Shown here in pieces: positions 54,538 to 64,000 of a DNA stretch of 64,000 bases; the stretch's first letter is position 1, and each line of letters begins with the position of its first letter. The notes beneath the pieces are model-generated. The model searched no databases. It saw only the letters and a program-made list of their open reading frames with translations, and was not told the origin of the DNA. The translations under genes were made by a program, and so were the position numbers. The stretch is from Lentisphaerae bacterium GWF2_38_69 (GTDB lineage: Bacteria > Verrucomicrobiota > Lentisphaeria > Victivallales > GWF2-38-69): positions 10,262-74,261 of the forward strand of contig MHBE01000042.1 in assembly GCA_001803205.1 (NCBI GenBank), in the 5' to 3' direction.

Positions 54538-57261
54538 TCATAAACCGTAACCTGTAATTTTGGCTTCAGTAATTTCATGGATTTGATTTGTTAAATCATA
54601 AATTCCAGGGTAGGTGGAAGCTATGTCTTCATTGACTGAGTAGCACAGTTTCAAGATAAAACCCAAATCCGCATCGACTTTTAGAACGGAACAGATTCTT
54701 TCAATTGATGATTCTGGAATTAACTCAGGTTCTTTTTCAAGAAGACTTTCATTCGCCAGAATAAATAATGCTTTAGCCGCAGATTTGATTGAGTCTATAA
54801 GTGGTTTTCTGTACTCTTCGTCAAATCCTCCTTCTTTTAGAAGCCGAGCCATTTTATAGTCACGGGAGGCTTTTTTGTAAATTGAGGCTGCGAGAACTTT
54901 TTTCTTTTTCCATACAGGTTCTTCTTCTACCTGCGTTTCCTTTGTTTTATAAATTTCGCTTAAATTTGAGCTATTGAAGGAGATGATTCCCATGCTTGAA
55001 AGTTTCTGCAGGAGGGCATAGGTCTCTTCATTTATGAGGAGAACTCCTTCATCGCTGGAAATATTAGATTTTTTAGCAATATCGTTGAGTTTTTCTTTAG
55101 TTTCCGGATTGTTGGAAACGGCAAATAAGCCTTTCAAAGCGCCTGTTTTTGAATCAATCAGACCATTGCATATTTTCAATTCAGGAGGAGTTGCGACACT
55201 TAGTTCCTGTTTCATTTTTTCTTCACAGGGAACTTGCTCTTCATTGTTCTGGAGCGGCTGTTCTTTATTATCTTCTTGCCCTGGAACTTCAACGAATGAA
55301 GTATTCATTATCGATGCCAGGCGTTCCATGAACTTATTTCTGTTATCAGGTTTCTCTATTTCGCCGAAGTCTGCCCTGGCGTCAAGTATTCCATCTGCAA
55401 GTTCCCTTTTAAAACCGAGAGTTGCAAGCATCCTGTGTTCTATGGTGTTTTCTGATATAAGATTAATAACATTTACGCTGTTTTTCTGATGTTTTCTCCA
55501 TGCCCTGGCGATTCTCTGTTCAAGTTTTGCCGGGTTCCATGGCAGATCCATGTTGATGACTACGCTGGCGGCCTGAAGGTTAAGGCCTACACCGCCTGAG
55601 TCGGAAGATAAAAAGACTTTGCATTCCGGATTATTTTTGAAGTTATTGATTTCGTCTCTTCTTTTTTCCTGAGGGACAGTTCCGACATGCCAGCTGAAGA
55701 TGACTTTATTGTCCACAAGCTGATTCATCATGAGTTCAAGGATTTTGACCCATTCTGAGAAAATTATTACTTTCCTTTCCGGGTTATTGTCCCATATGTC
55801 ATTTAATATCTTAATAACTTCATCGACTTTTGGCGAGTCTGTAATTGTCTGATCTAGAATATATACTGTGTCACAGAGCATCCTCATGCAAGCAAGGCGT
55901 CTCTGAAGATCGTCGTGCTCTTCGGGTTTTAAAGGTCTGCTTTTAGCTATTGACATGAGGATTGAAACTCTGTACGCATGTTCTTCATATCTTTTCAGCT
56001 GTTCCGGAGTCATCTGGACGAAGTAGTTATTGTCTATTCTCTCGGGAAGCTGTTCAGCGATTTCATCTTTCCTTCTACGGAGCATGATAGGTTTGATTGT
56101 TTCATGCAGTTCTCTTAGATTTTTGAACCCAAAAGTTTTTCCTTCCGCATCAAAATTGTAATATTTTCTGTTGAATCTGAATAGGCTTCCGAAAATTCTT
56201 GGATCTATAAACTCAGTTAGGGAATAAAGTTCGTCTATTTTATTTTCTATTGGAGTGCCAGTGAGGATGAAAGCAAATTTTGAATTGAGTTTTTTGATGT
56301 TAGAGGCTGTTTTAGTTTTCCAGTTTTTTATTCTCTGTGCCTCGTCGAGAATTACCAGATCAGGCTGTAATAGATTGTTAATATCCTCGTAATCTCTAAC
56401 AATTTGTTCATAGTTTGTCAGGATAAAAAACGCTTGTGTCTCCCGATATGCTTTAAGTCTTTCTTCGCGAGGACCGAATAATACGAGCGTACTTAAGTCC
56501 GTAAATTTTCTGATTTGTTCTTCCCATTCGGTTTTCAATGAAGCAGGACTTACGACAAGTACTTTCTTTACATTCAGATACTCTTTCATCAACGCTGCAG
56601 CGGCTACAGCCTGAACAGTTTTTCCCAGACCCATTTCATCGGCAAGCATGGCTCTTCCGCTGAAGGCCAGATGAAGCATGCCGTCTATCTGATAGTCGTA
56701 AACAGGGAACTTAAGGAATTTTCCGCTCAGGGCATTTTGCCTGATTGATTCTTTATGGCTGGTTTGAATTCTATTTATATTTTCCTTAATGATATTTTCT
56801 CTGTTAAGCTCTGCAACGGCATCTGATATTCTTATATAGTTGAAAATCGAAGGGTCGGCGCCGCTCTCCATATCTCTCATAAATACCTGAAGAACATCGT
56901 TGTGGGGGCTTTTAAACTCCTTATTAGCATCAAGGTATTTCAGCATGAAAAGTTTAGCTGCCGGATCGATTTTCTGAGGGAAGGCAACTTTTAAATTGAT
57001 GTCATCGGAATAGTCCAGAAAGATTTCAATATAAGGGGAATTGAGGTTTCCGGAGGGTTTTTTAAAGTTAACAATCTTTTCGATATGCTTGCATGTACCC
57101 AGAAAATTCTTTTTAAAGTCGGGGCAGTCGCAGTAGTTTTGCAGTTTTTCGTAGGAGCGGATTTCGACTTTGTATTCAGAGGCATCAATTACACCTTTCC
57201 TTTTGACAAGAAAATCGGCAAAATACTTTGAAATCTGATTGCCTTTACAGGTAATATTCAT
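54538..57261 (-). CDS. SWIM zinc-finger + SNF2-family helicase with a C-terminal extension of about 250 aa
   Basis: SWIM CDCPDFKKNFLGTCKHI. Helicase motifs LADEMGLGKT, ILDEAQRIKN, LTGTPIEN, and C-terminal DLPWNPAKLEQRIARAWRKHQ. Confidence 0.85.
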   Translation of the reverse strand: MNITCKGNQISKYFADFLVKRKGVIDASEYKVEIRSYEKLQNYCDCPDFKKNFLGTCKHIEKIVNFKKPSGNLNSPYIEIFLDYSDDINLKVAFPQKIDPAAKLFMLKYLDANKEFKSPHNDVLQVFMRDMESGADPSIFNYIRISDAVAELNRENIIKENINRIQTSHKESIRQNALSGKFLKFPVYDYQIDGMLHLAFSGRAMLADEMGLGKTVQAVAAAALMKEYLNVKKVLVVSPASLKTEWEEQIRKFTDLSTLVLFGPREERLKAYRETQAFFILTNYEQIVRDYEDINNLLQPDLVILDEAQRIKNWKTKTASNIKKLNSKFAFILTGTPIENKIDELYSLTEFIDPRIFGSLFRFNRKYYNFDAEGKTFGFKNLRELHETIKPIMLRRRKDEIAEQLPERIDNNYFVQMTPEQLKRYEEHAYRVSILMSIAKSRPLKPEEHDDLQRRLACMRMLCDTVYILDQTITDSPKVDEVIKILNDIWDNNPERKVIIFSEWVKILELMMNQLVDNKVIFSWHVGTVPQEKRRDEINNFKNNPECKVFLSSDSGGVGLNLQAASVVINMDLPWNPAKLEQRIARAWRKHQKNSVNVINLISENTIEHRMLATLGFKRELADGILDARADFGEIEKPDNRNKFMERLASIMNTSFVEVPGQEDNKEQPLQNNEEQVPCEEKMKQELSVATPPELKICNGLIDSKTGALKGLFAVSNNPETKEKLNDIAKKSNISSDEGVLLINEETYALLQKLSSMGIISFNSSNLSEIYKTKETQVEEEPVWKKKKVLAASIYKKASRDYKMARLLKEGGFDEEYRKPLIDSIKSAAKALFILANESLLEKEPELIPESSIERICSVLKVDADLGFILKLCYSVNEDIASTYPGIYDLTNQIHEITEAKITGYGL

Positions 57262-57393
57262 TGGCTCTTCATGAGCTCTTTTGCGCCTTAGTTCAATTTC
57301 ATATCTATCAGTAGTCAGCCAGCTTGGGTACTTTGATTTACGGACTTTTCAGATTTGATTAATTTTTGCATGTTGTTTTAAATAATTATTTGG

Positions 57394-59547
57394 TTAATAA
57401 ATTGATACTTCGACAAAGGAGCTGTGAGTGCGGGAACCCTGGCTGGGAAAGGTAGGCTCATTGGAGGTTAGGAAGTTTGCTGAATTATTTTCAACGATTA
57501 TTGAGCCTTCGAATTTTGGCCAGATACCATTATTGAGAGAAACAACTCCCGGCATGATATCCTCCGTGACAAGAACTTTTGTTTGCATCAGTCCAATCTC
57601 ATTGAAAATTTTTACAATATCGTCATTCTTTATATTTCTTTTGGCCGCGTCAATAGGATTAATCCATAAATAGTCTTCTTCTCCGCCGTCAAAAAAAGGT
57701 ATATTTGAGTTTGTTGAATTAATTCTTTTTCTGTAATGAGGAGTCACCAGTCTCAATGGAAAGTTAATGTTTATTAAAGGTTCTTGAGGCTTAGGGTAGG
57801 GGGAATGGCCTGTTTTTTCAGAATAAAGCTCTGATGATATCTCGATTTTTCCTGATGGAGTATTTAACGGGTATTTATGGGGATCTGATATAAAATCAGA
57901 AAAAGCGATCCGATTATTTTCTTTTCCTGTAAGAATGCCGGTTCTCCTGAAAGACTCAACATCTTTCACAGCGGATTGAGCAATAAGAGTATTTATCCAT
58001 TGTTTCGAGTTTTTCCCTTCTGAAAATTCATCCGCAAAACCGAGTTTTTCAGCTAAAGCGCAATAAATATCATAGTCGTCTTTGACTGATTCAGGAGGCT
58101 TGACTGCCTTGTTTGAATAGAGCAGGCAATTGTCTGGACCTGAAGTGATATCATCTCTTTCCATCCACATTGTGGCAGGGAAAATGATGTCGCTAAATCT
58201 TGCGGTAGGTGTCAGGAAGTGTTCGTGAGTGATGATAAAATCAAGTGTATTGAACGCTTCAATGTTTTTATTCAGATTGGCTCCCTGAACAAGTAAATTA
58301 GAGCCCGGGCTATATAAAAGCTTTATTTCAGGATACTTGTCAAAAGGCTTATTCTTAAGTATTCTGTCAGGCCATCTATAAACAGGAAAACTTGTCGGGT
58401 TCAGGAGGGCAGGAAGTGGGAGGCTCGGGCAATGTGGAACAGGCAGTTTTCCCCAGAAACTTCCGCCGCTTGAGCCACCGATTTTTCCGACATTGCCTGT
58501 AACTGTTTGCAATATCATGCTAAACCTGTAGGCATCTTCTCCTCCCAAGGTTCTTTGTATTGAAAGGCCAGGAAGGACGGCCGCAGGCTTTGTTCTGGCG
58601 TATTGAAAAGCCAGTTCTGATATTGTTTTTCTGTCAATTCCGCATATCTTTTCAGCCCATTTCGTGTTTTTAGCTGTTCCGTCGATGTTTCCTTCTATAT
58701 AGGCTGATAGAAGATCGAAACCGACTGAATATTGATGGATGAATTCAGGATCAATTAGTTTATTGGAGATTAACTCATGAAGAACCGCGCACATCAGGGC
58801 TGAGTCTGTCCCGGGACAAATAGGAATCCATTGAGTGGCAAAAGCCTTTACCGTCCTTGTCCTTCTCGGATCAATAACGATAATTGGGATTTTGCCATCT
58901 TTTTTGATTTTGAAAAGAACAGATTCTATTTTTGTGCTGAAACGGGTGTCAAGTGCATTTGATCCCCAGAGAATTATGAGTTTCGAACTGAAAAGAGTTT
59001 CAATATCAAGACCGCAATCGAGAGTTCCAAATACATAAGGTGTTACAAAAATAGAGGCAGCGGCACTATAAGATGATGTGGTTTCCGCGCACGGTCCGAA
59101 AAGACGACCAAATCTTCTTGAGAGCAAATAAGTATTATGGAAATGTCCCCTGCAGGAACCGCTTGCGTTGAAAAACAGTATAGAATCAGTCCCGTATAGT
59201 TTTTTGCAGTCAGCAAGCTTCTCCGATGCCAGAGATAATGCTTCGCCCCATGTTGCTTCCCTGAAATTCCCGTCACCTCTTTTGCCGTTTCTGATGAGAG
59301 GTTTAATCAGGCGCCCTTCGGCATAGAGTTGTTTTTCAGCATTAAAGCCCAAAAAGCAGCCTGACATATGCTCAGGGGCGAAAGGACTGTTGGTAATTTT
59401 TATTATTCTGTTTGCTTCACTGTCTACATGAGCGGTCAAAGCACATGCTCCGCCGCAGTCCCTATTGCAGGAAACAGAAACCTTTTTTAAGTTGGAAGTC
59501 GAAAGTGGGAAATGGGAAGTGTTTTTACTTTCGATTTCCGATTTCAT
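57394..59547 (-). CDS. Molybdopterin (bis-MGD) oxidoreductase, DMSO-reductase superfamily, cytoplasmic type
   Basis: N-terminal Cys cluster SCNRDCGGACAL. No twin-arginine signal. Size and motif order are typical of BisC/DMSO-reductase relatives. Substrate unknown. Confidence 0.75.
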   Translation of the reverse strand: MKSEIESKNTSHFPLSTSNLKKVSVSCNRDCGGACALTAHVDSEANRIIKITNSPFAPEHMSGCFLGFNAEKQLYAEGRLIKPLIRNGKRGDGNFREATWGEALSLASEKLADCKKLYGTDSILFFNASGSCRGHFHNTYLLSRRFGRLFGPCAETTSSYSAAASIFVTPYVFGTLDCGLDIETLFSSKLIILWGSNALDTRFSTKIESVLFKIKKDGKIPIIVIDPRRTRTVKAFATQWIPICPGTDSALMCAVLHELISNKLIDPEFIHQYSVGFDLLSAYIEGNIDGTAKNTKWAEKICGIDRKTISELAFQYARTKPAAVLPGLSIQRTLGGEDAYRFSMILQTVTGNVGKIGGSSGGSFWGKLPVPHCPSLPLPALLNPTSFPVYRWPDRILKNKPFDKYPEIKLLYSPGSNLLVQGANLNKNIEAFNTLDFIITHEHFLTPTARFSDIIFPATMWMERDDITSGPDNCLLYSNKAVKPPESVKDDYDIYCALAEKLGFADEFSEGKNSKQWINTLIAQSAVKDVESFRRTGILTGKENNRIAFSDFISDPHKYPLNTPSGKIEISSELYSEKTGHSPYPKPQEPLININFPLRLVTPHYRKRINSTNSNIPFFDGGEEDYLWINPIDAAKRNIKNDDIVKIFNEIGLMQTKVLVTEDIMPGVVSLNNGIWPKFEGSIIVENNSANFLTSNEPTFPSQGSRTHSSFVEVSIY

Positions 59548-59556
59548 ACTTCATAA

Positions 59557-60360
59557 TTATCTATAGACCATCTGCTGCTTTGGCTTTGGAATCTTTGGTT
59601 CTTCAAGGAAGAGAGAATACCAGATATCTCCGAAGTCAGCATTCGAGAAGCGTTTTTCTTTACCGTTCACCAGTGCTTCGAGGTTCTGTTCAATAACTTC
59701 ATTTTTGGTTTTATCCTTTCCCTGCTGAAGCACTTTTATAGCTTCTTCAATCTGCCCGTTTTTTACAAGAATCCACGAGTAGAGGGCGTAGAGAAGCGCG
59801 CCATTTTCATTTTTTGCAAATTTCTTGGCTTTTTTTCTGAAGAGTTGCTTATAGGAAGTATCGCCTTTTTTATAGAGCCTTACCATTTTCATTGCAACGG
59901 ACATAGGATCCATGAAGACCGATTTGGACATCAGCTCATCTACCTTGTTGAATTCTTTAAGCTGGAAATAGAACTGCATTCTCATTGTGTTGACTTGTTT
60001 TGGCAACATCAGGTTCCATGAATAGAGCTTCTCAAATCTTTTTGTTTCTTCAATAGCCTGGCGGATAAAAACATGTTGGTCTTTCTCAAGGATTTTCTGC
60101 ATGTTTTTTATTCCTCCCTGAGGTTTTTGCTGGAAGAATTGAATCTTTTTATTGAGTTTTGTCTGAGCTCCCTGAATAACAGCCTGAATTTCATTCGTGT
60201 ATTTTTTTACGAGTTTCCTCATTAGAAGCCCTGTTCCTATCTGGCATGCGGCGAAGACTATAAATCCTACTGTAATATAAACTGCAGAACCGAACCCATT
60301 CCAGAAAAAAATAATCCCGACTGCTGCCCCGATGCCCAGAGAAATAATAATTGCCAACAT
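59557..60360 (-). CDS. Hypothetical membrane protein (two N-terminal TM segments, helical repeat C-domain)
   Basis: MLAIIISLGIGAAVGIIFFW...ITVGFIVFAACQIGTGLL. Lies 9 nt upstream of the oxidoreductase gene. Confidence 0.5.
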   Translation of the reverse strand: MLAIIISLGIGAAVGIIFFWNGFGSAVYITVGFIVFAACQIGTGLLMRKLVKKYTNEIQAVIQGAQTKLNKKIQFFQQKPQGGIKNMQKILEKDQHVFIRQAIEETKRFEKLYSWNLMLPKQVNTMRMQFYFQLKEFNKVDELMSKSVFMDPMSVAMKMVRLYKKGDTSYKQLFRKKAKKFAKNENGALLYALYSWILVKNGQIEEAIKVLQQGKDKTKNEVIEQNLEALVNGKEKRFSNADFGDIWYSLFLEEPKIPKPKQQMVYR

Positions 60361-60493
60361 GTAGCGCTCCTGAAAAATTGAAAGTTAAGTTTAAAACTAA
60401 AAGAATTCCTAAATTAACATTGTTTTGGCAAGTTTAAATCTTAATCGCTAACTTCAACATTTATTTTTTATAAATTTAGTATGGAGATTCTCA

Positions 60494-60553
60494 TTGACAT
60501 GAAGAAGGCATCCTTTAAACTTTTGTATTAAACAAATGTTTTAAATATTTGTT
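60494..60553 (+). promoter_or_regulatory. Candidate promoter (TTGACA, 16-nt spacer, TAAACT) and 7-bp inverted repeat (aacaaat-N9-atttgtt) upstream of the TetR/RND operon
   Basis: Read directly: ttgaca at 60494-60499, taaact at 60516-60521, inverted repeat arms at 60531-60537 and 60547-60553. Confidence 0.3.
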
Positions 60554-60593
60554 CTATCAAAATATTCAGACTAAAAACTTATATGGAAAAGCC

Positions 60594-61229
60594 ATGCATG
60601 AGACCAAGAGAAAGATTCTGACAGCCGCAGCGCATGAATTTGCATTAAATGGATATAATGGAGCTACTATCAGGGATATATGCCGAAGAGCAGGAGTAAA
60701 TCTTGCTTCAATAAATTATCACTTCAAGAGCAAGGAATCTTTATACAAGGAGATGTTTGAATTTCTTTTCTGTGAAACAGAGAAAGAAAATGTTTTTGAT
60801 AAAGAATCGTATGAAAGCTTTTCTGAATGGAGATATGTATTAAGGAAATGGGTAGAAAACATTATTCTTGACATTATACAGAAAAATCCTTTAAGTGAGG
60901 CTAAATGGAAGATATTCGGATGGGAAATTCAGGATCCATCCAGCATATTTCCCAGTATTTGCGAGACTTTTCTGAAACCAAGACTTTCAATCCTGGCATC
61001 TCACTTCAGGAAAGTGCTTCCTGACGATACAAGTGAAGATGATATTTACATAAGAGTGTTTTCTGTGATATCAATATGTGTTTTTTATTTTCGTGACAGG
61101 GAGATTATAAAAACAGTTTTTCCGGGACGGAACTTTGTATCTGAACAGATAGAAAAAATTATTAAAAATATTACTGATGTAGCCTGCATGGGTATCAGTT
61201 ATCAGAATGAGGAGAATATTAAAAGATGA
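60594..61229 (+). CDS. TetR/AcrR-family transcriptional regulator
   Basis: RKILTAAAHEFALNGYNGATIRDICRRAGVNLASINYHFKSKESLY. The ATG at 60594 is preferred over the track's TTG at 60549. Confidence 0.85.
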   Translation: MHETKRKILTAAAHEFALNGYNGATIRDICRRAGVNLASINYHFKSKESLYKEMFEFLFCETEKENVFDKESYESFSEWRYVLRKWVENIILDIIQKNPLSEAKWKIFGWEIQDPSSIFPSICETFLKPRLSILASHFRKVLPDDTSEDDIYIRVFSVISICVFYFRDREIIKTVFPGRNFVSEQIEKIIKNITDVACMGISYQNEENIKR

Positions 61230-62428
61230 ATTCGTTTAAGTCTTTTGGAAAGTTCATTCGTATTGCCTTTTACAATATAGCTCTTTGCTTTGTTATAGTG
61301 ATTGCCGGTTGTGAAAAACAGGAAGAAGCTCTTCATCCAAAAACGCCTGAAGTAGCATATATTCCTGTAAAATATGAAAAAGTACTAATAACTACAAGAC
61401 TGCCGGGCAGAACCCATGCATACCTTGTTGCGGAAGTTCGCCCAAGAGTCGGAGGAATAATCCAGAAAAGGTTTTTTGAGGAAGGAGCTGATGTAAAAGA
61501 AGGACAAATTTTATACGAAATAAGCTCGGCAACCTATAAGGCGCTAAGCGATAAATGCAAGGCTTCCCTGGCAAGAAGTGAAGCTCGGGCAGTCGCTCTT
61601 AAATATAAATACGAGCGAAACAAAAATTTATACAAGACTAAAGCTGTCAGCAAACAGGACTATGAAACTTCAGAATCAGCTTACCTTGCTGCTAAGGCTG
61701 AAATTGAAGCATGCAAGGCTGAGCTTGAAACATCTGATATAAAGCTTGGCTACACTCAGATTCTGGCTCCCATTTCAGGGAGAATAGGTAAATCAGACAT
61801 AACCATAGGATCACTGGTTACCGCAAATGACCCAGTCCCTCTTGCTAGAATACAGCAGATTGATCCGATATTCGTAAATGCTGTCCAGTCAAGCATTGAT
61901 CTCCTCAAAAATAAAAGAGAAGTTGAAAGCGGTTACATACAGAAGAATGATAACAAAATTGTAAAGGTAAAACTCTATTTTGAGGACAATTCGCTTTATG
62001 ATCTTGAAGGAGAACTTAAGTTTCGCGATATAACAGTCGATCAAAGCACCGGATCCTTCATCCTTAGAATTGTTTTTCCCAACCCCAAAGGTACGCTTAT
62101 GCCTGGAATGTATGTAAGCGTAGTAATTGAAGATGGGACAGTCAATAATGGCATATTGGTGCCTCATCAGGCAGTAAAGAGAAATTTCAAGGGAGAACCT
62201 ATTGCTTATATTGTTGATGCTTTAGGTAAAGTAGAGGAGAGAAAGCTTATCATAGTTCGCTCAATGGAGGATAAATGGCTAGTTAGAGACGGGCTTAAAG
62301 AAGGAGATAAACTTATTGTCGAAGGTTTTCAATGGATAAGGCCTGGAATGTCTGTTACTGCTGTGCCATTTAATTTTCAAAATGAAAATCATCTTGTAGC
62401 TAATACGAAAGAAACCAGCAAGGAATAA
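61226..62428 (+). CDS. RND efflux periplasmic adaptor (membrane fusion) lipoprotein
   Basis: Lipobox VIAGCE. RVGGIIQKRFFEEGADVKEGQILYEI, coiled-coil hairpin, GYTQILAPISGRIG. Confidence 0.88.
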   Translation: MNSFKSFGKFIRIAFYNIALCFVIVIAGCEKQEEALHPKTPEVAYIPVKYEKVLITTRLPGRTHAYLVAEVRPRVGGIIQKRFFEEGADVKEGQILYEISSATYKALSDKCKASLARSEARAVALKYKYERNKNLYKTKAVSKQDYETSESAYLAAKAEIEACKAELETSDIKLGYTQILAPISGRIGKSDITIGSLVTANDPVPLARIQQIDPIFVNAVQSSIDLLKNKREVESGYIQKNDNKIVKVKLYFEDNSLYDLEGELKFRDITVDQSTGSFILRIVFPNPKGTLMPGMYVSVVIEDGTVNNGILVPHQAVKRNFKGEPIAYIVDALGKVEERKLIIVRSMEDKWLVRDGLKEGDKLIVEGFQWIRPGMSVTAVPFNFQNENHLVANTKETSKE

Positions 62429-62440
62429 AGGAGCAAAAAT

Positions 62441-64000
62441 ATGTCTCATTATTTCATAGAAAGACCTGTTTTTGCATGGGTAATAGCTTTGGTGCTGATG
62501 CTTTCGGGAATAGTTTCAATATTTACTCTTCCTGTTTCACAATACCCTGCCATAGCTATGCCTGAGATAACAATAGAAGCTGTATATCCGGGAGCTTCTG
62601 CCAAAACGATAGAAGATACGGTTACTCAGATAATTGAACAAAAGATGGTAGGGCTCGATAACCTCTGCTATATAGCCTCGAGCAGTGATGCCGCGGGTTT
62701 TGCCACTATTACTCTTACTTTTAACAGCGGTACAAATCCAGATATTGCCCAGGTGCAGGTTCAGAACAAACTTCAGCTTGCTATTCCTCAATTGCCTCAG
62801 GCTGTCCAATTGCAAGGGCTGAGTGTTTCAAAATCCTCTGCTTCATTTTTGATGGTAATTGGTTTTGTGTCAGAGGATGAGAGCATGGACAGAAATGACC
62901 TTACAGACTATGTAGTAGGCAATGTACAGGAACAGCTGAGCAGAGTTCAGGGTGTAGGAGAAGTCCTCACATTCGGTTCTCAGTATGCTATGAGAATATG
63001 GTTAGATCCCGACAAACTAAATAACTTTGCCCTTACTCCGTCAGATGTAAAAGACGCAGTAAGATCCTATAATGTGGAGGTTTCGGCAGGGCAGCTTGGT
63101 GCAAATCCTTCTACCGCCGGGCAAAGGCTTAATGCCACAGTCAATATTCAATGTCTTCTTCAGACTCCTGAGGAATTCGGCGAGATTATCCTGAAAACTA
63201 ATCCCGATGGTTCGTATGTGACCTTAAATGAAGTAGCAAGGATAGAACTAGGCAGTGAAAGTTATGACACTTCAGCATATTACAATGGAAAGCCTGCCGC
63301 TGGAATGGCTGTTAAGCTTGCTTCAGGAGCAAATGCTCTGCTCACAGTTAAAAACATCAAGACCAAACTTTCCGAACTTTCAGAATACTTTCCTTCAGGA
63401 ATGCGAATTGTTTATCCATATGATACTACGCCTTTCGTGAGGATTGCCGTAAAAGAAGTAATTATTACATTTATAGAAGCGATAATTCTGGTTTTTTTAG
63501 TGATGTACTTATTTCTCCAGAATTTCCGCGCCACTCTGATTCCGACAATAGCTGTACCGGTAGTTCTCCTTGGGACATTCACTGTTCTAAATCTTACTGG
63601 ATTTTCGATAAACATGCTTACTATGTTTGCCATGGTACTTGCCATAGGACTTCTTGTAGATGATGCGATAGTAGTAGTTGAAAATGTGGAACGATTGATA
63701 AAAGAGGAGAAATTGACTCCGGTTGAGGCCACAAAAAAATCAATGAATCAGATTACCGGCGCACTCATAGGAATAACAATGGTGCTTACCGCAGTATTTA
63801 TTCCAATGGCATTCTTCAGCGGTTCTACAGGAGTCATATACAGACAGTTCTCTATAACGATGGTATCGTGTATGGTATTGTCAGTCATAGTTGCCATTAT
63901 TTTTACACCTGCCTTATGCGCTACTATACTGAAATCAGAAAGCCGGCAAAAACCGAAAATCCATTTTTTAAGTTCATTTTTTAATATCTTTAATCGTATA
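62441..64000 (+). CDS. RND efflux permease (AcrB/MexB-like); 3' end outside the window
   Basis: Absent from the ORF track because it runs off the window edge. Manual translation from the ATG at 62441 gives [69 protein letters not shown], closely parallel to the AcrB N-terminus. RBS AAGGAG. Confidence 0.9.
   Translation, partial: MSHYFIERPVFAWVIALVLMLSGIVSIFTLPVSQYPAIAMPEITIEAVYPGASAKTIEDTVTQIIEQKMVGLDNLCYIASSSDAAGFATITLTFNSGTNPDIAQVQVQNKLQLAIPQLPQAVQLQGLSVSKSSASFLMVIGFVSEDESMDRNDLTDYVVGNVQEQLSRVQGVGEVLTFGSQYAMRIWLDPDKLNNFALTPSDVKDAVRSYNVEVSAGQLGANPSTAGQRLNATVNIQCLLQTPEEFGEIILKTNPDGSYVTLNEVARIELGSESYDTSAYYNGKPAAGMAVKLASGANALLTVKNIKTKLSELSEYFPSGMRIVYPYDTTPFVRIAVKEVIITFIEAIILVFLVMYLFLQNFRATLIPTIAVPVVLLGTFTVLNLTGFSINMLTMFAMVLAIGLLVDDAIVVVENVERLIKEEKLTPVEATKKSMNQITGALIGITMVLTAVFIPMAFFSGSTGVIYRQFSITMVSCMVLSVIVAIIFTPALCATILKSESRQKPKIHFLSSFFNIFNRI

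Noticed and set aside
1-64000. Alternative genetic code or recoding as the explanation for the gene-free stretches at both window ends.
   Set aside because: TGA, TAA and TAG all terminate well-supported genes in the window. The apparent gaps arise because edge-truncated ORFs lack a stop codon within the window and so are missing from the ORF track.

Overview
AT-rich bacterial chromosomal segment using the standard genetic code, with Gram-negative-type envelope genes (RseP, a YfgM-like protein, RND efflux); I cannot assign a taxon from sequence alone.

Layout:
- 1-9.5 kb: an edge-truncated transporter-like/solute-binding fusion gene, then a minus-strand chitinolytic operon (dual-GH18 chitinase, DUF1566 lectin-like protein, GH19 chitinase).
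- 9.7-39.1 kb: mostly housekeeping genes (ispG, rseP, ftsB, rho, coaE, tsaE, tadA, pruA, proC, hexokinase, NfeD/SPFH, CDF and DAACS transporters, NUDIX hydrolases). Signalling genes are interspersed (XRE-PAS, Cache-HAMP-PP2C phosphatase, two STAS proteins), along with several degenerate or atypical paralogues.
- 39.1-48.7 kb: an accessory island and the most interesting part of the window. It holds an intact PLD(HKD)-SNF2 fusion gene tightly linked to a Schlafen/AlbA_2-HATPase-wHTH gene, followed by the collapsed relic of a type IIG-like methylase/restriction gene. Next come an ABC-type ATPase + TOPRIM-like two-gene cassette bracketed by a perfect 20-bp direct repeat, an AbiEi/AbiEii abortive-infection pair preceded by a four-copy 9-bp motif cluster, and a field of gene fragments.
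- 48.7-64 kb: a 1910-aa exported coiled-coil giant, a SWIM-SNF2 helicase, a molybdopterin oxidoreductase, and a TetR-regulated RND efflux operon that runs off the window.

Two real genes (1-1664 minus, 62441-64000 plus) are missing from the supplied ORF track because they run off the window edges. I recognised no rRNA, tRNA, CRISPR array, transposase or integrase. All domain calls come from motif recognition by eye; no database search was run.
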